Below are positions 14,234 to 27,001 of a stretch of DNA of 64,000 nucleotides, piece after piece. The translations under genes were made by a program, and so were the position numbers. This DNA comes from Bigelowiella natans CCMP2755 (lineage: Eukaryota > Protista > Cercozoa): positions 87,466-151,465 of the forward strand of contig ADNK01001510.1 in the NCBI GenBank assembly GCA_000320545.1, written 5' to 3'. Position 1 is the stretch's first letter. Each line of letters starts with the position of its first letter. A model generated the notes under the pieces. That model did not search any database, was not told the DNA's origin, and saw nothing but the letters and a program-made list of their open reading frames with translations.

Positions 14234-15610
14234 CCTTCCTGCATCTGCGACTTGTTTGGCTTGATCATTGCTTGGAGGTCGGCATCACCCATACCTTTAA
14301 TGAGACTTTTATGTCGAGCTAAAATATGTCCCTACCAATTTGTTAAAATATCAGAGTAGTACATGGATTGATATAAAATAGCGCAAAGTACCTTGAGATG
14401 TACTCCCTGCCGAAAAGCTTTTCCGCACCATTCTAATATTTGTTACCACTTTTAAAATAAGTTAGTTGTGAATGCATTAGTCAGCTACTTACCACATTTA
14501 TATGGCCTTTCACCTGTATGGGATCGCATGTGCCTTTTCAATCTAGAAGGGTTAAAGAAAATTAAAATATTTTATGTGAAGAGAAAAAAAATAGCTCACC
14601 CGTATCTTGAATCAAACACCTTCAAACAAATTTTACATCTGAAGATTAGAAGTGAACAAATGTAATGCTTTATGACAATGTGTTGTGCTCTGAAATTTTG
14701 TACGGGAAAGCTTTGAAGATTTTTCCAGAATCAATGACAGAGCTCTGCAATGGAAGAGAAGTTGCACTGCCTGCAATCCTCCTTGCTTCGCCATCTTCGA
14801 GAGGATAGTAATATCCTTCTTTACTTTTGATAACCTGGGCAGACCTTACACTCTGAGCAAGAGGAGTAGCACGAGACTTCATGCAGCCACGTGATTCATT
14901 GATCTCTTTCATGTTGTCGAGGAGCGGCTGATGAGAGAAATTTCTTCTTCTGGGTAATGGTTGCCAGCGACTCTGCTCTAGCCTGATAACGTAACACAGA
15001 GAGTAGTTCACTGATCAGCACATCGCTATAGTTTTAAATGACAATACGATTACATGTTAGGTAAAGTTTATTTCACGTACTCTGGTGTGGAAGACTCATC
15101 AGGTAGCAGTGGCACGTTGTGATGATGGAAGCTGCTAGTAATGTGTGCAGGTGTGCTATCAAAATTCATTGGAATGTTGTCCGCGTATCTTCCATGTCTT
15201 TCATAAGGCCTGTAACGCAGAGTACGTTTGCCATTTCGTTTAGGTCCATGACTATGAGACAAGCTGCGATGACTTTTGAGATCGATACGGTTGTCGTTCT
15301 CGTTCTTCATGCTTGTATTTGGAGAATTTTGGTCTTTCCAAAGTTTTGAGGAATCGCCATTTTGTTGCCGACTAGCGGAAAGTTTATGGTCATGAAATGG
15401 AAGAAAGCAGTGCGGTTCGTCGCCACGTTGTGGGAGGATGGGAAGGCGATCAAGAGAACCTGGAATTTCTACAACTATCTTGCCATCTTGATCACGGTAC
15501 ACTTTAGCAGGCACGCCAAAATTAGAGCTCCTTCCTGTTTCGGAAATGAAAATGCAGGAAAGGAATTGGGCAACATCTGGCCCTTCGAATCTTCTCCTAC
15601 GACTCATCAT
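14234..15610 (-). CDS. C2H2 zinc-finger protein (two fingers, TGERPY linker); 3' end extends a little further left
   Basis: Spliced exons give [52 protein letters not shown]. Upstream ORFs 15068-15610 and 14670-15011 supply a low-complexity N-terminus. Confidence 0.8.
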
Positions 15611-16419
15611 TACGTTTGCCTGTGATGATGAAGCAATGTATCAATGAATAGCCAGGTTATGCTTGCAAATTGATGTATTCGAGCACATGTTTGGGTCCTG
15701 CATCGGTTTTGAACGAATGGGGAGAGCATGTACTTTTCTTCACACCTGATTGATTCTTTGTTTAATTGGAGGGAGGTGTAAGAAGAGGAAGAATGTCTGG
15801 TAAATGAGCGCGAGAACCCTCTTACGATTGAACTATCGAACAGCAGAACCTGCAAGAAACCGCATGCGATTTGGGCATTGTTCAAGATCATCACAGTCAA
15901 TGTTCCTCGGAAATTGGGTCGATGCAAGGAAGTTAGTCTCTCATGCGCTCTCGCTTTGGCAAGCCCAAACGCGATGCGGAGCTTACGAACGAGGGCCACT
16001 TCTTAAGATTTTTGAGTGAGTTTCATTGTCACAGGCTGAAACGCAGTTCTCACTCGGAATGATTTGTGCACATGAACGGTAGCAATCAACACGGTCGGAC
16101 TGACAACGCACATCACATCCATCTAAATCATCAACAAAGTGTACCAGAATCGCCTGCGTTACGTGAATGTGAGAGCAGCAGTGCAATCTTCTTTTGACAC
16201 AAGTGAGGTAGTCGGGGCTTGTCGGATGCGATTCCCTCAAAGAGGAGAAGGAGAGCCAGAACTCTATGAGTTGCCAAGACAAAGTGTTGTCTTTGAACTT
16301 TGTAAGAGGTGGCTGTTGACGATTTCGTGACACACACATCGGGTTGACACATGATGTGACTGGAAAAAGTGAGCTATGTGAGTGATTTGAGTCTTGAGGA
16401 GCAGAATATTCAACAGGGC

Positions 16420-18679
16420 ATTTGGTTCAAAAGTTGTTCTTTCTCAAGAAAATGTGGTCAAAATGCAGTCCATTTTTTCGCAACCACCAGCCAAGCACCC
16501 ACTCAAATCTCAAGCGTCAAACCTGTCATTCCGAACTTCAAGCATGGAAATTTTCACATGCGACAATGGATGCACCGATGAACATTCCATCGCACCCGAC
16601 AAGAATGCTCTTGTGTCTCTTCACCAACAGGGTGCTGACAAGTCCTTGCAACGAGTGTTGTTGAGGCTCTGCTGCGTGCAAATGCCTGTCTCCCATGTGG
16701 TTCTGGCGCGTGTGGTTTTTGATCAACGCTTTGTTCATTGTTCATTGTTCATTGTTCTGAAACTCCACTTGCTTCTTCTTGGAACGCTGTCTCTGTTGAT
16801 CTCCGTGTGGACGTGGCTGTCAGGAAGTTCCTGCTCAGGATGGATGCTTTGCGTCGTCGTCATTTGGATGCCAGTTGTGATGCATTCAATGTTCAGTTCG
16901 TGCCAATTTGCACGAACCCCGCCACTGGCTAGCTGGGCCAGTTTGCCAGTCGGTCCCCACTGAAGCCAGTTCGAGGCACTGCACTTCGCACGTTGCAAGT
17001 GTCTTGTCACACTTTGGAAGTGTGGTTTTTCATCATTGTTCTCATCGTTCTCTGCAAGTGCATTGCAACACTTTGGAAACGTTGTTTTTCACCGTTGTCC
17101 TTGTCCTTGTCGGTCGTCCCTGAACTGGTTCGTCACGTTCGTTGTTCGTTGTTCTGTCTTGGCGCTCGTGGCCGGCTTGTGTGAAACGAACACTCGATCC
17201 TTCTTTGGTCAGGGAGGACGTGCGTGGGTGCGTTGACACTTCCGGCGACCCTTTCAACGCAACTCGAGCACTGCTGGACTGAAATTGCTTCGTTCTGTTC
17301 GCTCTTTCGAACGAAACAACACGAGCTGTTGAACTTCGAACCACTCCAGCTCGACACTCCAACTGCCCTCGCAGTGGTTCTTTTTTGCAGGCGCTGCTCG
17401 CAAGCATTTTTTTCCACGTCCAGACGTGGTCGCTCACACGCACGTTGAAATCGTTCACTTCGTTCTTTCGTTCTTTCGTTCTTTCGTTCCCGATCGTGCG
17501 CATGCATCCCTTCCAGCCTTGCCAGCTTGGCTCCAGCTTCGTGTGCACACGTGCTCCTCCTTCGATCGCTCGGGTGAATTTCATCACTGTTCGAACTGCG
17601 ATGCATTGTCCAGACTGTCCGCAGCTGTGTTGACTCACCCGCAGGACTTCTGGACTTCTGCGCGTCACAGTGTGCGATGCACGTGTGTGCAACTGCATCC
17701 AGGTGTGTGCATTGTGTGGGTCACACTGTGTTCTGGACTTTGCCAGGCTGGCAGGTCCAGAGGTCCGGTCACAGGCAACGCCACAATGTCCAGGTGTGTG
17801 CACCCAACATTGTCCGATTGTGCACCCGCCCGATTGAACGTGGCAAGCCAGTCTCAGTGACAGCAACGACACACACAGCCAGACAGCAGACCGCGCTGGC
17901 ACGACACAAAACCTTTTTTTTGATTTTTGTCTGGTCGTCGTCGGGAGTGCCAACCAACACTTGCCTCCTTTTCAACCAATGAAACCACCGCATCGAAAAA
18001 GCGCGTGCAACAGGTCGTGTCGCACCTTTTGGTTCCGACGGCCACGGCACGATGGCACTGTGTGTGGCACGACGGCACGTTGCCACGTGATCAATGAAAC
18101 CCAGTGACAATGTCCATCACAATGAATCGAACAAACAAAGTCGCAGGCAAGATGCTTCGCTAGCTCGGCGTGCGAACTAGCGAGCTCACACGACAAAGCG
18201 GCAGCTCGCGCTGGTGGACGCTCCAGCGCTGTGGACGTGCATGATCCCAAATGCCATGCTCACGGCCTTGCTCACTTTTCAGGTGAAAGAGGGATTTGAC
18301 TTGTGCAGAAATCATCATGAAGTTCTCCAGCTCTTGCATGGATCGGAGCTGCAGGAAGCGAGTTCGCAAATTCCTAGCCTTGCTCGCTTGGTTCTTTTGC
18401 AGCTTCGTTTGATTTGATTTTTTCACTTCAGTGCCATCGTTGGATGACCAAGCATGTGCAAGCACATGCGTGTCTCTTGCCTTGCAGGTTGGAGACCAAG
18501 CACACGTGCAAGTGCACACGTGTCTCTTGCCATCAAACCACCAATTTCATTCGACGACAAAAACAGCAGCTTCAGGGATGATTGTGGACAACGTGACACA
18601 ATGTCAACATGCATGCATGTGCATGTGCATGTGCATGCAACATGTGCACACACGTGTGCATGCATGTGCACACATGTGC

Positions 18680-18715
<36 letters not shown>

Positions 18716-19050
18716 ACATGTGATGCACATCGATGTGCACACGGCCGCCAGGATTCGCAGGTAGGCAGGCCACAGCAGGCGAACTCTGCTCACGACGCAG
18801 ATGATGACATTTCGCTTTGGCACAGAAAGCGACAGCACAAGCCTTGGGGAATGTGTCCATCACCGTGACAGCATTTCGTTCACCGTGGCGGACACAGCAC
18901 ATGATGCAAGCATGCAGGTGAACACATGGGGTCACACATTGGATCACACACCGCTGTGTCGAGTCATCAGATGTGGACACGCGCAACTTAGAGAGTGAAG
19001 TGTCTCGACAGTGAGCAGTGTTGAAAAATTGTGGACTCACATTTGATCAC
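16420..19050. other. TpA-depleted island
   Basis: By manual scan 16420-18760 has only four TA, all in CTAG (about 16929, 18160, 18177, 18374). Residual edge sites are GTAG and TTAG. Confidence 0.9.
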
Positions 19051-19253
19051 GGTGGACATTAAAATTGAAATGTTTTCATGATGATGATTGTGCTGAACAT
19101 GTCGCTAGGGATTTGCTGACTTCAAACCACTTCTTGATAGAAACGGTTAATGCAATTAAAGCCTTTGCAATTTTAGTAAATACACGAAACGACTTAATAT
19201 GACTACACCTTGTTGGAAAAGAGCATCACCTGTTGATGTGTTGTTGCAACACT

Positions 19254-20300
19254 TCAAAAGTTGTTGCCCTTCTCTAACTCGGCGCTAATGTGGTCTGCTC
19301 TTTTTTCCTGTTCTTGCGTTTTCACTGGATGATAAAACTTGCCATGCGTGTCGTTTCTGCGACAATCTTTTAGGGAGAGCGAAGGTCTGTAGCGAACAAC
19401 ACCAAGGAGCTCATCTGCGATCAAGCCCATTGCACATTCCGTTTGTTGGCACAGCCCCGGTACCAGGCACTCATGGTGGCCATGCCCACCACTAATTAGA
19501 TGTTGGAATATAGTCGTCGCCAACTTCTTCGATATCCGATGGACTGGAATGAAGGCTCTACTGTGATTTTCTACTGTGGCCACATCGCACGATTCCCAAT
19601 GTAGCCAATTATTTGGAAATCCATTCTCATTTTGATGTAACTCTGGAACAAGAAGATCTCTCCGATCATTTGCGTGCATATGCACAAATTCGAACCATTC
19701 ACCCTAAGTTGATATTTCAGTCTCATATCAAAACAAATACGCTGAAATCATTCATTGTTTTATTTGACAAACTCTTACCGAGAAGTAAACATCCCCCTCT
19801 ATGAACCAGGCAAAATCAAATATATTCTGATTCGCCATCCACGCTACTTGGGCAGGTTTAGCAGGGGCCTGGTATATGCCGCTGTACGTGTTGAAAGCTA
19901 TTTTCGGAAAACGAGCTGTCTCAACCCTTCTGGACATCGGGATGAATGGTACTGAATGCTTGGTTAACTTCTCTGGATCGAACCTATCTTCGTCGTACAT
20001 TATCAACGGCCGTACATACGCCATATCTCTTAGACTTTCCAACTTTTTTATAGCATCACTTATAAGCGGGGATAACTCGTGGACAACAAGCACCACGGCA
20101 GTTTCTCCTTCTCTCTTAGATACTCTTCCAGAATAGTCTGTAGAATCTTCATAACTTTGGTATAAGTATTTTTGTTTTACACTAGTGTTTGTATTTTCTA
20201 GTCCGGGCACTAATGAAACCTGGGCAGGAATCGCGCGTGAATACCCGATGAGGCAGACAAGTATATATATGTTTTGAATGATGCATCTCCTAGTCATCAA
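19254..20300 (-). CDS. DUF3405-like putative glycosyltransferase, signal-anchored; 2 exons (20300-19779, 19703-19254)
   Basis: Motifs FDFAWFIEGDVYFSGEW, DLL..W..W, FIPVHRIS, GHHECLVP, RYRP and FYHPVK. Hydrophobic N-terminus. GTAAGA...TAG intron. Confidence 0.7.
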
Positions 20301-21196
20301 TGTAGCCCAGCTTACTCACTAGTTTGAGACAATTTTTATGAATCTGGATTAAGGTGTGCAGAGAGAAAGGTTTTGCATCCCGATCCCCACTCGCATTGGT
20401 TATTAATGAGTCGTTCGAATTTCAAACCATGGAAGACTAGTAGGCGATATTTTATTTTAAGTTGTTTTTGTTGTCGTTGTTGCGGTAGCACTTGCAACTA
20501 CAGCAACCTGGAGGGCAGAGGAGAAAATTCCTTCTTGAAAAATCCGATTTCATCTAAAACGTGGTTCACGGTGTAAAAAAAAACAGTAAAGGAGGCGTTT
20601 TACGAAGGATCAGGGAGAAATTGATCAGCAGAAATTTGTAGAATTTAATAATTATTCGGATCACACAGATGCCCTACGTTATCAACCGAAAATGTCATGA
20701 GTCTGCACTATACATCCGAATACGCGCTCACATTCCGCGCCAAAGGAATGTGTTTCGTACTTATTACAACACCTCAGAGCTATGAGATGTCCTACATTTT
20801 AGTTATCCGTCAAAATAAGATGAAGTCGTAGAGAAAGAATTGTACGGCTATCTCTATTCCGTTTTGCGGATGAGAGGTTTGGGACTCCGCTAAACCCAAA
20901 AGGACTAAAAAACCAACATGCAGGTTACCTCTCCCTTCACACAGATCCCTAGATGGAAAGCTGAGATGCAAAAACATATCACTTCACATACACCGCAGAT
21001 AGATTGCATGGTTAAAGTTGTAGTTGTAATAAATATGAGTCGGTTAAATCTAAATTAATCCATTTTTTACTAAATGCGGAAAAAAAATGCGCACTGAACA
21101 TACACGTGTTGTCTTCAGAATGCTGTGTGATTTTGAGGATTCGTGTTTTATCTCCAAAATTCTTCTTGGTCTCGTCATTTTGAGAATTGGCAGCTT

Positions 21197-22559
21197 ATGA
21201 AGAGTTATTATCTTATGTTGTAATAACCTCCTCTTTCATTGTTCTCAGAGGGTCAATCCGAAGATTTTCCGTGAAGAAGCTGGTGCTCGTGAAGAGAAAG
21301 GACAAAATGCCCGCCTGGTAATTAGAAAAGAATTCAATACTGTTGGATCAATTTCACGTTGTTGCCCGTCATTTTAAGGAGGAATTAAAATCTATTTTAT
21401 TTTAACTCGACAGTCGTCATTTGTCGGTGCAATGGCCATTGCTGATCTTGTGAAGACTACTCTGGGCCCAAACGGAATGGTGAGCTACGAAAGGAAATTA
21501 CAATAATCCGATAAATAACATTGGGGCATAGACATTTCCAACAGATTGATCCTTTGCACCTTCGACACTGAATGTTGTGGTGTGCGTGTGTTTTTGTTAT
21601 GTGTGTGTAATTGTTCCTTTCGTTAGGATAAGATTCTGCAGTCGCAAAGCGATCCGAAAAAAGTCACTGTGACTAACGATGGGGCAACGATTCTGAAGTC
21701 CATTTCACCAGAGAACGCAGCAGCAAAAATCCTCATTAGTAATCTCACTGCTACTATAACATCAACTACTACAACTACTACACTCATTATCCTCGCATCT
21801 TTATTTATCCATTTTTTTAATGAGATTGTCACCTAATCGTCCCTCAGATACGTCGAAGACACAAGACAGTGTTATCGGTGATGGTACCACATCTGTGGCA
21901 GTCCTTGCAGGTGAGCTTCTCAGGGAGGCAGAGCGTCTTGTGGATAAGAAGATCCATCCCCAGACAATCCTCTCAGGTAGTGAATATAAAATGGGGAGAT
22001 AATACGGAGGAAGGGGGGAAGGATCAACATCGTAAGCAGAAATCATCATGTTTCGTAAATGGCTAAACGATAATGTAGCAGAGAATGATTGTTGAGAAAT
22101 ATTTTCATATCTTGCACCTTAGGATGGCGTAAGGCTGTGAAAGAAGCACGCAAGGCACTCGAGGCTGCGGCAAAGGATCATAAGAGCGACTCGGGTCCGT
22201 GTACTTCTTCACTTTTTAACATATGAATCATGTCAAAACGATTTCCTTTACAAAATTTTAGAATTGACAATTGTATTTATTTTTACAGAGGCGTTCAAAG
22301 CAGATTTACTCGATATTGCGCGCACCACCATTAGCTCCAAGATTCTCTCCCAGCACAAAGAGCATTTTGCCAAGATGTCTGTCGATGCTGTGCTGCGCCT
22401 GAAAGGAAGCACTGATCTGGAGCACATCCATATAATCAAGAAAAAAGGTTTTATACTGAACTTAGAGAAAGGATGGCGGCGAAAAAATCGTATGAAATCC
22501 CGTATTGATGGAGTCCGTTTGTGATATGTAAACTCCTTGCTATCGTTTCTCTAAGTAAA

Positions 22560-22631
<72 letters not shown>

Positions 22632-23045
22632 CCTTGCTTTCCCCTTGTTTGACCCTCTCCTTGAATCACTGACTCACTGACTCACTCACTGACTCACTGA
22701 CTCACTCACTGACACACTGACTCAGGAGGGTCACTCCAAGACTCATACCTTGATGAGGGTTTCATTCTTGAGAAGAGCTTTGGTATCGGACAGAAGAAGA
22801 AGCTGTTAAACCCCAAAATCATAGTCGCCAACACTCCTATGGACACTGACAAAATCAAGATCTATGGAGCTCGTGTTCGCGTAAAGTCAATGGAGGCAGT
22901 GTCAGACATAGAGAATGCAGAAAAAAAGAAAATGGCGAAGAAAGTCGCACAGATTCTTGAGCACAAACCTGAGTAAGTAGTAGACAGCGAATGAGTGAAT
23001 GATAGCATGTAAAAGGAGGAGAAAATTCATTGACAACCGTTAGAG

Positions 23046-23094
<49 letters not shown>

Positions 23095-23922
23095 GGATAG
23101 ATAATTTTTATCCAGCATCATCGTTATCATATTTGCCTAAAATCATTATTATGTAGTAATAAAATCCTGCTATAATTGATTTCTTTGTTCATTATAATTG
23201 TCATCATTAGTGTCTTCATCAATCGGCAGTTGATATACAACTATCCCGAGCAGCTTTTCACCAAGGCAGGTGTTGATACCATTGAACATGCGGATTTCGT
23301 GGGAGTGGAACGACTAGCTTTGGTCATGGGTGCAGAAATCGCTTCCACATTCGATGGAAAACCAGGATCCATTAAAATGGGAACTTGCAAGTCGGTGGAA
23401 GAGTTTTATATTGGCGAGGACAAAGTCGTTAAGTTCTCTGGAGTTGCGAAAGGAGAGGCATGCACTGTGGTCATGCGAGGCGCCAACCAACGTAATTATT
23501 ACTATTGCTGCTCTTAAAAAAATTGGTCTATTACAACGAAAGGGTGATGAGGGAGAAAGAGAAGGGAGAGAATGGAAAAACTAGTATTAATAATTCTCCA
23601 ATAATGATGGACGGAGAAATATGATGGATTTCATCTACTTTTATATGATGATGATGATGATGATGACAGCAGTTTTTCATTCATTCGTCTTCGTATCATC
23701 ATTCCTTTTCCCCTACTAACTACCTACTAGAAATCCTTGACGAAGCTGAGCGGTCGTTGCACGATGCTCTATGTGTTCTCTCTCAAACTGTAAAGGTGGT
23801 TGCGGTTGTAGGCATTTTAGAAAGAAATTATAGAGCAGCGAATGTAGTAGTTGTGGTAGTAGTAGTGCACTGGTGCTGTTGCTGCTTATTGCTGCTTTTG
23901 GGATGGGATAGTAGTAATAATC

Positions 23923-23958
<36 letters not shown>

Positions 23959-24540
23959 CCTTCTTATGTGTCCTCGAAAATTCGAATGAAAAAGAAGAAA
24001 GGCGATGCAAAACTCAACTATAATAACACGACAACTTCGGCAGGATGAATGAACTTCAATATATGTATCTCAGTGTGCTTCTCTAACCCTTATTGCCTCC
24101 TATGATTTTTGTTACCCTCCCCTATTACTATTACTATTATTATTATTAAGTTTACGAAAACTGTGTACGGGGGTGGATGCTCCGAGATGCTTATGGCAGA
24201 GGCAGTGGACAAGCTTGCAAGATCTACTCCTGGAAAGGAGTCTTTAGCTATGGAAGCCTTTGCTCGAGCTTTGCGCCAGTTGCCTACGATCATTGCGGAT
24301 AATGGCGGACATGATAGTTCTGATCTGATTCCGAAGCTGCGGGCATGCCATCACAAAGGAGAAAGCACCATGGGGCTTGATATGGTCAACGGCAAGATCG
24401 GTGATATGACAGATCTTAAGATTGTTGAATCATTTAGATGCAAGAGTCAGGTAGTCATATCCGCCCATGAAGCGGCAGAGATGATTCTAAGGGTAGATGA
24501 AATCATTACCTGTGCTCCCCGACAAAGACAAGGGCCATAA
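21197..24540 (+). CDS. CCT2: T-complex protein 1 subunit beta (chaperonin CCT2), about 10 exons
   Basis: [117 protein letters not shown]. Start codon uncertain. Confidence 0.95.
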
Positions 24541-24719
24541 TCATACGACATAGAGGAAAAACTATTATCACAGCGCAAAGATGGAAATGGGCTTACTATT
24601 TGAAGGAGGAGGAGGTTAATGTACCCGAGGAAGAAGAAAGGTATCAATAAGATGCAATACTGCCAAAATTCTGTCTTAAAAACTAGCCAAGCCACCCGAT
24701 AGAAAATAGCAGCTTAGTG

Positions 24720-26200
24720 CGTGTGCGCACTGTACGTCACTCGATAAGCAATAAAAATCATATGATGGACAGTTCAATGTCATGCAGAAGTTTTCTGATG
24801 ATGCACGCGCCATTTATTTCATTTTCATTAAGCCCGCCAAGCTAGCAAGCAATTAGTCCGCTGTTCATTCGTCATTGCTAGATTGCTTGCTTGTGCATTC
24901 TGTGCAATTCGCTCGCACAGGACTGCTACTAGCTAGCTACGCTGTAGACGACCAAAGGAGGGGCAGATGTGCGTGGCTCTTTTTGAAGGCCCGTGCTCCT
25001 CCTGTCCGACTAGCCGACCCTAGAACCCATTAAGCATTGTTCGTCGCTCAGAATGCTGGAATGCATGCTTCGATCAGAAAAAAGTTGTGGCTGCACATTT
25101 TTCACTGCATGCGCGGCTTGCATGCTCGCTCGCTAGCTAGCTAGCTCGTGCGACAAACAAAACTAGAAAACATCACTGCACGTCTGCGCGTTTTGCTCGT
25201 GCTGCATCAGCGTGGCGACATTCTCTAGTTCTCCAGACTCTAGCATTAGCTAGCTCTAGAGCTAGCTAGCTAACTACGCTAGCACCACAAGGAATGCAAA
25301 GCCTTGCTCTAGTGCTAGCTAGCTCACACAGTTTGCACAATCGCTTGGCTAGCTAGCCACAGTAATTGGGCTGTCTAGCTGTGCTAGTGTGGCATGGTTT
25401 TTTTCTTCGCTCGCTAGCGCACACACAGCTCTAGAGCTAGCTAGACGACAGGGAAAATCACATGAGCATCAGAGGTGCAACGCACATGCACGATTGCGCA
25501 GATTTTTTGTGCACATTGTGACATGCCATAGCACTAGATCATCTAGTCATGCTTAGCTAATTCTAGAGTTAGCGTGCATCAGTTTTGCAGTGCCATGCTA
25601 GCTAGAGTGCGCACTTCGCGCGCACGACCATTGAATGACAAATTCAATTTGATTCATCATGCACATCCGTCTAGCCGTCTCACTTCGCGCGCTGCGCTAG
25701 CTGCGCCCTAGTTGCTAACGTTTCAACCTTATAAAATTCTTCAGCAGTGTGTTGGGTTTGTGTGTTGAAGAAGACGCTACCGTCTCTGTTTTATTATAGA
25801 CACGTAATACAATATATATACTATGTCTATTATTTTTTTATTCGCTATAGTGAAAAAATTGCAATGCCACTGTACTCCGATTGCTGGAACGCAATAACTG
25901 ACGGACTTTTTTGTCTGCATGGCATGCAGCCGAAAATGAGGTGCACAAAAATAGCTGCAATTGCGCAAATGTTTAATATTGTCCCCTCGAGCTAGCTAGC
26001 TAGCATGCTTTGCATACATGACTTTCATGTGCACACGGCGATGCGCATTGCTTGATTGTGATTGGTGCGCCGTGTCAGCCGCTGGGAACTGCAATTACCG
26101 AGTTTGGGCAATTGCCTGCTAGCTCGTGAGAACGTGAATGCACAGAAAGTTCACGTAGCTAGGTAGATGTGATCTGGATCTTGCTGCGATTAATGCTTGA
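24720..26200. other. CTAG/GCTAGC-rich, partly TpA-depleted convergent intergenic island
   Basis: Dozens of CTAG, many as GCTAGCTAGC. Few other TA except in the 25720-25900 patch. Confidence 0.8.
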
Positions 26201-26287
26201 TGACAGCGTATGTAGATAGATGTGCACAAATTCATTCAAAAGTACGCTAATCTACAGGAAACTTAGAGCCCTGCATATGTCTCGACA

Positions 26288-26894
26288 TCAACCTCTAGTT
26301 TCAGCAAGGTTTGCATTCATGAAGTCCCTCTTGATCGGACGAATAAATAAAGCCTATAATATGCGTTAAAATTTGGTCATCAGCGGAAACAATCAAACAT
26401 ATAATGACTCATAAAATAGTAGAATCCGATGCTCAATACCTATCGATTCTAATGCTTTAGCATGTACGTAAAGGAGGTATAGTGAAGATGAAATGTGTCA
26501 ATTTTTATTACCTTGTTGGAGGGTTTGCATGCGCAGAGGTACCGAATATGGTGCAAGCATACAACCTTTAATGCGTGGAAGAAGTGGAAGAAGAAGAAGA
26601 AGAAGAAGAAGAAGAAGAAGAGATTATGAGATATTGTGGTTGTTTTATGTGTCGTCTGTGCTAAGTGACTTGTCCCTTAAATACATGCATGAAAAACTAC
26701 TATTACTACTACAATTACTAGCTACTTCTGCTGCTACGACGTTAAAGTAGTACAACTAGCACCATCATCAACCTACTGATCTAATACCTTTTCTTGTCCG
26801 GAACAAAAACACGTCATGTACGATAAATAGCAATGTTGTTTGCCTGAACCATCATATCATCAACGATCATCAAGATGAAAATGATAATCATCAC

Positions 26895-26932
<38 letters not shown>

Positions 26933-26967
26933 CTATTTTGGAGGGCACGTCGTTAACGGCGAGTGAT

Positions 26968-27001
<34 letters not shown>

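Noticed and set aside
15800-16330. Possible plus-strand gene remnant (AETQFSLGMICAHE resembles a Sel1 repeat)
   Set aside because: Single weak motif. No coherent spliced model could be built.
16394-19040. Dense six-frame ORFs up to 303 aa
   Set aside because: Same stop-codon depletion artefact. No recognisable motifs.
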